Part shown: positions 49,241 to 57,027 of the stretch, piece after piece
How the letters are laid out: each line of letters opens with the position of its first letter
How positions within the stretch are numbered: position 1 is the first letter of the stretch
From: Gemmatimonadota bacterium
GTDB lineage: Bacteria > Gemmatimonadota > Gemmatimonadetes > Gemmatimonadales > GWC2-71-9
Assembly (NCBI GenBank): GCA_039656555.1
Contig: JBDHLU010000002.1
Span: 658 to 64,657, forward strand
DNA: 64,000 nt
Direction: 5' to 3'
Notes under the pieces: generated by a model
Seen by the model: only the letters and a program-made list of their open reading frames with translations
What the model was told of the DNA's origin: nothing
Database searches by the model: none
Translations under genes and position numbers: made by a program

Positions 49241-49953
49241 TGGGCGAACAACCGTTCGAGGGTCGAGATCAATCCGTCTTCGGTGAACTCCGCGGCCTCG
49301 GCGGTGACCTCGACGCCGAGTTCGCGGGCCGTGGCCGCAGTAACGGGGCCGATGCACACAACCGCTGCACCGGGCGGGATGTTGCCGCGCTCCAGAAACC
49401 CTCGGACAGTAGAGGAACTCGTGAACGTAACGGCATCGACGCTTTCGAGATCGGGTAGGGGGTCGGCCCTCGTGCACGTTCGATACGCCGCGATCTCCAA
49501 CACCTCGGCCCCAGCTGCTCGGAGTCCCTCAGGGAGCGCCTCACGGGCGATGTCCGCCCGTGGCAAGAGAATCGACGCGCCCTGCACATTACCAATCTCT
49601 TCGAGAATCGACTCAGCGACGTACGACGATGGTACCAGGGTTGGTTCTAGGCCGTGGGCGGTGAGTTCCTCTGCCGTGGCGGGGCCGATCACGGCAATCT
49701 TGGGTCCCGTGATGTCCGACGTGCGGCGGAACACGGCCTCTACCCCGTTACGCGACGTAAACACGATCCAGTCGAACTCGCCGATACGTGCGAGCGCCTC
49801 GTCGAGTTCGACTGGATCGGTGAACTCGATCTCGATGGCCGGGGCCACGATCGGATCGGCACCACGCGCCCGGAGGCGATCCGCGAATGCTCGCGCATCC
49901 GCCTCCGGGCGCGTGATCACGATCCGGCGGTCTTGGAGCGGTGAGGTCACCAT
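49237..49953 (-). CDS. hemD: Uroporphyrinogen-III synthase
   Basis: 238 aa with a two-lobed HemD-like pattern (RIVITRPEADARAFADRLRARGADPIVAPAIEI...). Translationally coupled to hemE. Confidence 0.8.
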   Translation of the reverse strand: MVTSPLQDRRIVITRPEADARAFADRLRARGADPIVAPAIEIEFTDPVELDEALARIGEFDWIVFTSRNGVEAVFRRTSDITGPKIAVIGPATAEELTAHGLEPTLVPSSYVAESILEEIGNVQGASILLPRADIAREALPEGLRAAGAEVLEIAAYRTCTRADPLPDLESVDAVTFTSSSTVRGFLERGNIPPGAAVVCIGPVTAATARELGVEVTAEAAEFTEDGLISTLERLFAQ

Positions 49954-49994
49954 CCCAATATTGTACCAACACGGAGGCGTTTCTCGGAGTGTGA

Positions 49995-50480
49995 ATGCGA
50001 ATGTCGGAATCGAACGTTACGATGAGCGGCGCCGTGCGGCTGGTCCTGGGCTTGGCGACGCTCGTTTTTGCCGTGGCTGGGTTTGTGTTCGATCGGAACA
50101 CGCAGCTGTTCGTTGCGGCCGGGGCGTGCGCTACGATGTGGTGGGCCTGGGATTTTCTGGTCGAGTTCGTATTCGAGCCCATCGAGGCCTTTGCCCACCA
50201 TCTCTTACAGGGAGGGGCGGTGCAGGGTGACCCATCGGTTCACCGGCCGACGCTCGACGACACGGTTCGCCTACTCGAGAACCATCTTGCGAACCCAACG
50301 TCGGCCAAGGTGGACATCAACGCCGCCATCCGGCTCGAGGAGATCTATCGGACCGCCAAGAAGGACTCGGCCAAGGCCCAGGCCGTGATACGCACGGTGC
50401 GGGAACGGTACCCGGATGCCCCGGAACTCGAGCGGTTTGGAGACAGCGACGACGGATTGGCTGGGCTCGATAATCTGTAG
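49995..50480 (+). CDS. Hypothetical membrane protein
   Basis: Codon usage looks coding-like by eye. Two TM helices near the N-terminus and a helical soluble tail. No motif recognised. Confidence 0.5.
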   Translation: MRMSESNVTMSGAVRLVLGLATLVFAVAGFVFDRNTQLFVAAGACATMWWAWDFLVEFVFEPIEAFAHHLLQGGAVQGDPSVHRPTLDDTVRLLENHLANPTSAKVDINAAIRLEEIYRTAKKDSAKAQAVIRTVRERYPDAPELERFGDSDDGLAGLDNL

Positions 50481-50517
50481 CCAGCATCCGGCGACTGGTT
50501 TATAATTCCCGGCCCTT

Positions 50518-50590
<73 letters not shown>

Positions 50591-50597
50591 CTCCGAG

Positions 50598-50625
50598 AGC
50601 CCCGTCACGACGGGGCTTTTCACTT
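50598..50625 (+). terminator. Stem-loop plus T-tract downstream of tRNA-Phe
   Basis: AGCCCCGTC-ac-GACGGGGCT followed by TTTCACTTTTT. Confidence 0.6.
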
Positions 50626-50642
50626 TTTGGGACATCCGCATC

Positions 50643-50978
50643 AGGTGGCCCGAGACGAGGCAACTCGGCGCTGAGATGCGCCACCTTGGCCCCGATATGC
50701 CGCGACTTGGCTCCGAGCTGCCGCAAATGAAGCCCGAGTTGTCGTAAATGAAGCCCGAGTTGCGGCAAATGAAGCCCGATTTGCAGCAAATGAAGCCCGA
50801 GTTATGGCAACTAAGGCCCGATATGCGACAAATGAAGCCCGAGTTGCGGCAACTAAGGCCCGATATGCGACAAATGAAGCCCGAGTTGCGGCAACTGAAC
50901 GCCGAGTTGCCCTGACTCGGCGCCGAGTCGCGGCATCTGAACGCCGAGTTGCGACAGATGAAGCGACGTAAAGGGTGC
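50643..50978. repeat. Tandem array of about 16 units of 21 bp (consensus ATGAAGCCCGAGTTGCGGCAA)
   Basis: Units start at 50643 and continue in steps of 21 up to 50958. 50811-50852 is duplicated exactly at 50853-50894. Flanking units are progressively degenerate. Each unit contains TTGC-G-GCAA. Confidence 0.9.
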
Positions 50979-51190
50979 TACGGCGGCAGGTCGCAGGGGT
51001 GAGCTGGTGGGTGGTGGCCAGTCTCGGAGCCGTGGCCGTAGTCAGTGCCGTGGTCTTCGGGGTGGGCGGGTTTCTCTCGGGAGCAGTTCCCATGGGCGGG
51101 TTCGTAGGCTGGGCCGTCATCGGGGTCGTGTACGGGGCCATCACTGGGCTGGCGCTGCTGTGGCTGCTGTGCCGGCGTCCTTTAGCGTAG
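50975..51190 (+). CDS. Small hypothetical membrane protein (2 predicted TM helices)
   Basis: GC3-rich ORF with VSWWVVASLGAVAVVSAVVFGV and FVGWAVIGVVYGAITGLALLWLL. GTG starts at 50975 or 50999. It is in frame with, and two codons after, a TAA that closes one frame of the repeat array. Confidence 0.5.
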   Translation: MLRRQVAGVSWWVVASLGAVAVVSAVVFGVGGFLSGAVPMGGFVGWAVIGVVYGAITGLALLWLLCRRPLA

Positions 51191-51245
51191 GGTACCGCAG
51201 TCCGCCTGCGGAGTGGCGGTTATCGGCATAGTTTGACACACCCAT

Positions 51246-52622
51246 ATGACGCTCGGCAGCGATACCCCTTCTCGCGACAGCCCGCGATCCGAAACTATTC
51301 TCATGGTGGAGGACGACTCCGCCCTTCGAGGTAGCATCGCCGAAGCCTTGCAGCGCATTGGCTACTCTGTGCTTGAGGCGGATAGGGCGGAGGATGGGTT
51401 GGAAACCTACGCGCGCGAGCGCCCCGATCTAGTTCTCCTCGACGTAGATCTCCCCGACAAATCTGGGCTCGACATTCTCGATGATCTACATGCGGATGGG
51501 GCCGTTGTCGTGTTCCTGACTGGTTCGGCAGACGTCGCTACGGCCGTTCAAGCGATGCAGCGTGGCGCGGAGAGTTACCTGACGAAGCCCATCGAATTCG
51601 CCCAACTCGCAGCCACCATTGCCCGAGGAGTGGAGAAGTCACGTCTGCGGCGCGAAGTCCGCCGCCTTCGCGGGCGTGCGACCGGTTCCCTGGTTGGTGC
51701 GCTCGGTATCTCTCGGGCCATGCAGGCACTCGAGCACGAGATAGCAATCGTGGCTGAGAGCCCCCGAACCACGGTACTCCTCACTGGCGAGAGTGGGACC
51801 GGCAAAGGTCGCGTGGCGGAGATGATCCACGCACGTTCGCCGCGCGCAAGCGGCCCGTTCGTCGGGATCAACTGCGGCGGCCTCTCGGTTACACTCCTCG
51901 ATGACGATCTGTTCGGCCACGAGCGCGGGGCGTTCACTGATGCCAAAACCGCCAAGGCAGGGTTGCTCGAAGTGGCAGACGGCGGAACCCTCTTTCTAGA
52001 CGAGATTGGCGACATGCCGCTCGACGTGCAACCCAAGCTCCTCACCTTTCTCGACTCGCGGCGGTTTCGTCGTCTCGGAGGCACTCGTGAGATTGCGGCG
52101 GACTTACGGATTGTCGCCGCTACGAATCGCGATCTCGATCAGGCGGTCGCCGAAAAAGTGTTCCGACAAGACCTCTATTACCGCATCGCGGTCTCGGTCA
52201 TCCGTCTCCCCACCCTGCAGGAACGCACTCGCGACGACCGCCTGCATCTACTCCAACGCGTCCTCGCGGAGCTGAGCGACGAGGTCCCCGGAGCGCCCAC
52301 CGAAGTCACCGGTGCCACGTTGGATCGTCTACTCGAGTACCCCTGGCCGGGCAACATCCGTGAGATGCGAAATGTGCTCGAGCGCGGCATGATCATGGCG
52401 CGCGGCGAGTCGGCCATCGCTCCCTATCACCTGCCGGTCGAGGTACGGGAAGCCAGGAGCATTGAGCGAAGAGCCAAACCGCGGCGGCTCATCGACGGGG
52501 AGCGTGAGCAGATCGTTCGCATGCTTCAGTATCACCGCGGGAACCGCACGCGAGCGGCGAGGGACCTCGGTGTTTCTCGCGTGACACTCCTCAAGAAGAT
52601 CCGCAAATTCGGCCTCGAATAG
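51246..52622 (+). CDS. Sigma-54-dependent response regulator (NtrC family: REC + AAA+ + Fis-type HTH)
   Basis: REC (ILMVEDDSALR...LVLLDVDLPDKSG), Walker A GESGTGKG, L1 loop GAFTDA (variant of GAFTGA), Walker B LFLDEIGDM, and a C-terminal HTH NRTRAARDLGVSRVTLLKKIRKFG. No kinase gene is adjacent. Confidence 0.9.
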   Translation: MTLGSDTPSRDSPRSETILMVEDDSALRGSIAEALQRIGYSVLEADRAEDGLETYARERPDLVLLDVDLPDKSGLDILDDLHADGAVVVFLTGSADVATAVQAMQRGAESYLTKPIEFAQLAATIARGVEKSRLRREVRRLRGRATGSLVGALGISRAMQALEHEIAIVAESPRTTVLLTGESGTGKGRVAEMIHARSPRASGPFVGINCGGLSVTLLDDDLFGHERGAFTDAKTAKAGLLEVADGGTLFLDEIGDMPLDVQPKLLTFLDSRRFRRLGGTREIAADLRIVAATNRDLDQAVAEKVFRQDLYYRIAVSVIRLPTLQERTRDDRLHLLQRVLAELSDEVPGAPTEVTGATLDRLLEYPWPGNIREMRNVLERGMIMARGESAIAPYHLPVEVREARSIERRAKPRRLIDGEREQIVRMLQYHRGNRTRAARDLGVSRVTLLKKIRKFGLE

Positions 52623-52687
52623 GCCCCCTGCGCCTGTAAACTGTAAAGTTTCTTACCACTATCGGAATCGTCGACATCGCTTGTATG

Positions 52688-52706
52688 TAAGTGATTATAT
52701 CACTTA
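52688..52706. promoter_or_regulatory. Perfect palindrome TAAGTGAT-tat-ATCACTTA, candidate upstream activator site
   Basis: 8-bp arms with a 3-nt spacer in the AT-rich spacer. Centred about 140 bp upstream of the -24/-12 element at 52830. Confidence 0.4.
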
Positions 52707-52829
52707 GACATATGCTACTCATCCATCCAGGTCCACTGTAAACATTCTTTCCAGTTGCTCGGCAGGCGTGGATTTCGGCTACACGTTTTAAGCTGTTGTA
52801 TGGCAGTATGTTACGAGCTTTCTCGCCGC

Positions 52830-52845
52830 TGGCACTGACGATGCC
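52830..52845 (+). promoter_or_regulatory. Candidate sigma-54 (-24/-12) promoter
   Basis: TGGCACtgacgaTGC has a perfect TGGCAC -24 element. The GC of the -12 element sits at the canonical spacing (consensus TGGCAC-N5-TTGC). Lies about 57 nt upstream of ATG 52902. Confidence 0.55.
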
Positions 52846-52901
52846 TCTCTACAGGGTTGCCGACGGAAACCACCGTTGGCGGAACCCGTCTGGAGAGGTC
52901 C

Positions 52902-53222
52902 ATGCGTCGAGTCAGGGCGTTGATGGCAATGATGGTCTTGGGTGCTTCCTTCACGGCTCTCCCGACCGCAATTCAAGCCCAGCAAAAGCAAAGTGTGGTT
53001 CGGGTGTCGGCAACGGTCGTGAACAGTGTCCTGTCCATCCCAGCGATGGACAGTTTGATCTCACGCGCCGCCCGGGACTCGGTCGCCCAACCACAAGCGG
53101 CTCATTCCGTCGTGTGGGTAGTCGTTGAGGACGCATCTGTGCCTGCGCTGATTGAACGTGTCGCGTCGCCATCGCTGCCGGCTGGACGGGTACGTAGAGT
53201 GACGATCGAGTATATCAATTAG
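52902..53222 (+). CDS. Small secreted hypothetical protein (106 aa)
   Basis: A GGAGAGG ribosome-binding site precedes ATG 52902. Signal peptide MRRVRALMAMMVLGASFTALPTAIQAQ. No recognisable motif. Confidence 0.55.
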   Translation: MRRVRALMAMMVLGASFTALPTAIQAQQKQSVVRVSATVVNSVLSIPAMDSLISRAARDSVAQPQAAHSVVWVVVEDASVPALIERVASPSLPAGRVRRVTIEYIN

Positions 53223-53355
53223 AGGGACTGCGGTGGTTTCGGGCCCGCCGTCAGAATACTATCAGGAGCGAGAACGGGAGCCTTTGTGAGTCATCATGGG
53301 GCCGTTCGATCCAGAATTTCTCATCGTTTACCCTGGCGTGAGCAAGAGGACAAAA

Positions 53356-53937
53356 ATGGGTAGCCGTAAAACAGCCTTGGCCGTCGCTAGTCTGGGAGTA
53401 CTCCTCGCGCTCGTTGCTGGTCCATTGGAAGCACAGGAAGTCGAACGGCGTAGAGGGTTCTGGGTCAGCGTCGGCCTGGGAGCCGGCGTGAGCTCAGCCG
53501 ACGTGGTGGCGGATGAGTCGCATTGGGGTGGTGCCGGGTATCTCCGAGCGGGAGGTGCGCCCGACGGTCACGTCGTTCTGGGCACCGAGTTCATCGGGTG
53601 GGTCACCGGACAAGACGACGTGTACACGAGCCGGGGCGCCGTCACGCTCTTCGTGCAGTATTACCCCAGCGCGACCGGTGGACTGTTCTTCAAGGGTGGC
53701 CTGGGTAGCGCCGGCGCTGCTGTCACGACCGACTTGAATCCGGGCAAGTTCGTGACCAGCACCGACGGTTTCGGCATGACATTGGGTAGCGGCTACGAGT
53801 TTCGCTTGTCCGGCGCCGCGTCGTTCACAGTCAACGCAGACTGGGTTTTGCAGGTGCTCGACGACCAGGCCGGTGGGTCCGTTAGTTCCTCGCTGTTCTT
53901 GTTTACCGTGGGCCTGACGTTTCCCAGAATCGGGTGA
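53356..53937 (+). CDS. Small outer-membrane beta-barrel-like protein
   Basis: Signal peptide from ATG 53356 (MGSRKTALAVASLGVLLALVAGPLEAQ). Gly/aromatic-rich alternating strands with a C-terminal ...LFLFTVGLTF-PRIG. Confidence 0.6.
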   Translation: MGSRKTALAVASLGVLLALVAGPLEAQEVERRRGFWVSVGLGAGVSSADVVADESHWGGAGYLRAGGAPDGHVVLGTEFIGWVTGQDDVYTSRGAVTLFVQYYPSATGGLFFKGGLGSAGAAVTTDLNPGKFVTSTDGFGMTLGSGYEFRLSGAASFTVNADWVLQVLDDQAGGSVSSSLFLFTVGLTFPRIG

Positions 53938-55835
53938 GCGTGTCCGATAGAGAACTCGGCCTCGACCGCGCGATAACCCGTCGCGATTTCGTCTATGGGT
54001 CCTCGCTGATCGTTGGAGGTGCCATAGCGGGCTGCCGCCCGAACGAACCAGCGCAAGACGCGACTGGTGGGGGTTACGTCTTTGACGTGGACGCCGCGTG
54101 GTACGGTCCCGGTGGTGTCGGAGATTACGCGGCGTCGCATGGAAATACCCCGGCAGTGCTCGAAGCAGCACATGCGATTCGCACCGGGCAGTTCACGGCT
54201 CCGCCGTCGAACGCCGTCGATACCGGCGAAGAGTACGACCTCGTCGTGGTGGGCGGGGGTATATCCGGACTCTCGGCGGCGCATCACTTTCGTCGGCTCC
54301 ACCCGTCGGGCCGCGTGCTGATCCTGGACAACCACCCTATCTTCGGCGGCGAAGCCAAACGGAATGATTTCGACGTGGGGGGCGTGCGCGTATCGGGGCC
54401 CCAGGGGTCGAACGACTGCGGTGTGACGCCGGCGACTGGAAACCCGGACGACTACTTCACGGCCTTGGGCATTCCAAGAGACCTGCAGTACGCCGAACCC
54501 GGCGGCGGTGCGGCCGGCATGCGGATTCCGACCGATAACTACGGGTTCCTATACTGGCAACACGACCAGTTCGATGTCGGGCACTTTTTCCGCGACAATG
54601 ATCCGGTCTGGGTGAAGGACTTGTGGCGATCGGGTCTCCAGTCTTCTCCATGGAGTCCGGAAGCGCAGCGCGCCTTCGCCACAATTCGTGACATCGATGC
54701 CGCCACCAAGACCGATGGCGACCTTCGCACGTGGCTCGATTCGATGACGGTCAAGCAGTACTACGAAGGTGAACTCGGATTGCCGCCTGAGGTCTCCACC
54801 TACATCGATCCCCTGCTCGCCAGCATAATCGGGTTGGGTTGCGACGTCACCAGTGCGTGGTGGGGGCGTCACTTCGAGCTTCCCGGATTCATGAAGCCCG
54901 ACCGATACGAGGAGATCACATTCCACTCCTTTCCCGGTGGCAATGCGGGCATCGCTCGGCATTTTCTGAATCACCTGATTCCTCGGGGGATCGCAGGAGC
55001 CGGCGCGTTCGAGGACGTGTTGTTTGGGCCGATCGCCTTCGATCAACTGGATCTGCCGACCAACCCAGCCCGCATTCGGCTCGGCGCGACCGTGGTGCGA
55101 GTGGAACACGAGGGCGTAATGGCCGACTCGGAACGCGTCCGCGTGACGTACACGCGAAAGGGCGAGGTCCACCAACTGCGAGCCAAGGCTGTGGTCATGG
55201 CCTCTGGCGGCTGGGTGAACCGTCATGTCATTCGGGATTTGCCCGCCGGACATCGTAGCGCGTACGAGTCGTTCAGTCATTCCGCGGTGCTGGTCGCGAA
55301 TGTCGCCCTGACGAATTGGAGATTCCTCGAGCGGCTGGGCGTCGCTGCCGCTATTTGGTCCGGCGGTTTCGGTTTCTCGTGCAATATCCGCCGACCAATG
55401 ATGGTCGGCGGGAAGTCGCAACCGCTCCACCCAGACCAACCGATCGTGATGACGTTCTACGCCCCGATCTTTAAGCCTGGGCTTGCACTAAGAGATCAGG
55501 GAGTCGTGGGAAGAGCCGAGCTACTCGGTACTTCCTTCGCCGAGTACGAGCGACAGATCAGGGAGCAGATGGCAACGATGTTTGCGGACGGAGGATTCAA
55601 CCCGGCCACCGACATCGCGGGCATCATTCTCAACCGATGGGGTCACGCCTACGTGAATCCGGGGCCTGGGTTCATGTTCGGAACTGCAGGTGCGCCGGCA
55701 CCTTCTGATGTGATCCGCGAGCCGGTCGGACGCATAGCTATTGGGCACTCGGAACTGCGTGGCCATCAGAACTGGACCGGAGCCGCCGGTGAGGGCCGAC
55801 GCGCGGTTGAAGCGTTACTCGACCGACACTTCTAA
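53934..55835 (+). CDS. Tat-signal FAD/NAD(P)-binding oxidoreductase (resembles spermidine dehydrogenase SpdH-type proteins)
   Basis: ATGA-type overlap with the upstream gene. Twin-arginine motif ITRRDFVYGSSL...AIAGC and Rossmann motif YDLVVVGGGISGLSAAHH. The SpdH resemblance is from memory of that family N-terminus only. Confidence 0.7.
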   Translation: MSVSDRELGLDRAITRRDFVYGSSLIVGGAIAGCRPNEPAQDATGGGYVFDVDAAWYGPGGVGDYAASHGNTPAVLEAAHAIRTGQFTAPPSNAVDTGEEYDLVVVGGGISGLSAAHHFRRLHPSGRVLILDNHPIFGGEAKRNDFDVGGVRVSGPQGSNDCGVTPATGNPDDYFTALGIPRDLQYAEPGGGAAGMRIPTDNYGFLYWQHDQFDVGHFFRDNDPVWVKDLWRSGLQSSPWSPEAQRAFATIRDIDAATKTDGDLRTWLDSMTVKQYYEGELGLPPEVSTYIDPLLASIIGLGCDVTSAWWGRHFELPGFMKPDRYEEITFHSFPGGNAGIARHFLNHLIPRGIAGAGAFEDVLFGPIAFDQLDLPTNPARIRLGATVVRVEHEGVMADSERVRVTYTRKGEVHQLRAKAVVMASGGWVNRHVIRDLPAGHRSAYESFSHSAVLVANVALTNWRFLERLGVAAAIWSGGFGFSCNIRRPMMVGGKSQPLHPDQPIVMTFYAPIFKPGLALRDQGVVGRAELLGTSFAEYERQIREQMATMFADGGFNPATDIAGIILNRWGHAYVNPGPGFMFGTAGAPAPSDVIREPVGRIAIGHSELRGHQNWTGAAGEGRRAVEALLDRHF

Positions 55836-55928
55836 CGTGCTACCCGCCATCCGTCCGGTCACAACGGATAGCCGCGCACAAGGGCGACAGTTATTCTAAG
55901 GGATGAACCTGACCGTGCAGCGACGACC

Positions 55929-56690
55929 ATGACGAGTGGACCAACCGGGCAGCGCCGTGGAATGGACGACCGTCGAACCGGCATGCCACGGCGGCGTCCT
56001 GAGGATCGTCGGGGCGGTGTGGAGTCGCATCGCTGGACCGGTCAGAGCCGTCGCACTATGGATCGGCGAGCGGGGAATCGACGCCGTCTTTTCGACCGGC
56101 GCCAAGCCCGCCGTCGAGATTCGATGTCACCGTTTACAGCGGAAGAGGTGGACCGGATTCAACGGATGTTCACCCTGGTCGGCGTTACCAAAACCTGTCC
56201 TGCATGTAATGGGTCGTTCACGCTGGGACCGCCGCGCCGAAGAAATGCTGATACACTGCGACGGGTGTCCTGTGGGGGCTGCGGACGCGCTACTGTAGTT
56301 ACCAACAGCCACTCTGTCCGAATACTCATCGTCGAACCCGTGGAAGCCGCTCGGGCGAGTGTTTGCCCGATGCTCCGCGATGCCGGCCATGAGGTCAATG
56401 AGACCATCGACATCGCAGGGGGACTCGCATCCTACCGGGCCATGCCGTCAGACGTCGTGATCGTCGATGTCTCGGAGGGTACTGGGCTAAACGGCCCCAG
56501 GTTTATCAGCAGGTTGCGCGACGAATTTCCCACGGCGGCCGTGGTCGCGCTCTCGCGACGCGCCTCGTATGGGGTCGGAGATCGCTCTTCGGTTGCCAGT
56601 TACCTTGGCGCGGTCACCGTACGGCGGATGCCGTGCTCTCCCGCAGAGATGCTGGAAGCGGTCGAGACGGCGCGTAAGACCGAGATCTAA
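55929..56690 (+). CDS. Atypical receiver-domain protein with an N-terminal [DE]RR-x-G arginine repeats and a zinc-ribbon
   Basis: Residues 8-65 contain DDRRTG, EDRRGG, MDRRAG and FDRRQA. Followed by CPAC...CGGC and then a CheY-like domain (ILIVEP in place of the acidic pair, VVIVDVSEG, ALS). The real start could instead be ATG 56124. Confidence 0.6.
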   Translation: MTSGPTGQRRGMDDRRTGMPRRRPEDRRGGVESHRWTGQSRRTMDRRAGNRRRLFDRRQARRRDSMSPFTAEEVDRIQRMFTLVGVTKTCPACNGSFTLGPPRRRNADTLRRVSCGGCGRATVVTNSHSVRILIVEPVEAARASVCPMLRDAGHEVNETIDIAGGLASYRAMPSDVVIVDVSEGTGLNGPRFISRLRDEFPTAAVVALSRRASYGVGDRSSVASYLGAVTVRRMPCSPAEMLEAVETARKTEI

Positions 56691-56735
56691 AGTCGCGAGG
56701 CTACGATTCGACGTGCAGCCGAAGTTGCGTGAGAC

Positions 56736-56969
56736 TCAAGTGACTCGTCGACTCTGTCCGGATCGCCGATCGGTTCCACTCCGGCGTTCAAAATCGCGCC
56801 GTTCCGCACCACTCCGGCGTTCAGCCGCTTTCGAAGTAGGCCGGCTTCGCCGCTCGTCGTGGCGCTTTTTTTGTCCGCTACGCCGGTCGATGCGAATGCC
56901 GCTGGTGTTTCCGAATCGCCGTCGCTCGAACCCCCGTCGGTTGTCAACGCCTTCGAACAGGTTCATCAC
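56736..56969 (-). CDS. Small arginine-repeat protein (77 aa), tentative
   Basis: NRRGFERRRFG, IDRRSG, DERRS, AERRSG, AERRDFERRSG and TDRRSG. A 33-bp internal duplication (CCACTCCGGCGTTCA at 56776 and 56809) equals 11 codons. Lies 58 nt downstream of the TonB-dependent receptor stop. No obvious ribosome-binding site. Confidence 0.35.
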   Translation of the reverse strand: MMNLFEGVDNRRGFERRRFGNTSGIRIDRRSGQKKRHDERRSRPTSKAAERRSGAERRDFERRSGTDRRSGQSRRVT

Positions 56970-57027
56970 ATCTGAAAGGTTGGGCGAAAACGCACGCGTT
57001 CACAACGTCCTTTCGATGCGGTCGACA

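Noticed and set aside
50643-50978. CRISPR array or plasmid iteron/origin interpretation of the 21-bp repeats
   Set aside because: The units are contiguous with no spacers and no cas genes are present, so it is not CRISPR. No rep or par gene, DnaA-box cluster or AT-rich unwinding element is adjacent, so an iteron origin or a partition site cannot be supported from this window.
50641-51144. 167-aa minus-strand ORF running through the whole 21-bp array (ATRASFA-type repeats)
   Set aside because: Third-position G/C of the repeat consensus in this frame is 2 of 7. Its N-terminal half is antisense to the GC3-rich 2-TM ORF. It stays open only because the repeat unit lacks stops in that frame.
56847-56872. 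Plus-strand CGCC-n9-GGCG stem followed by a T7 tract, as a possible terminator of the 55929 gene
   Set aside because: The stem is only 4 bp. The T-tract also encodes Lys-Lys in the minus-strand arginine-repeat ORF. I could not decide between the two readings, so neither is called with confidence.
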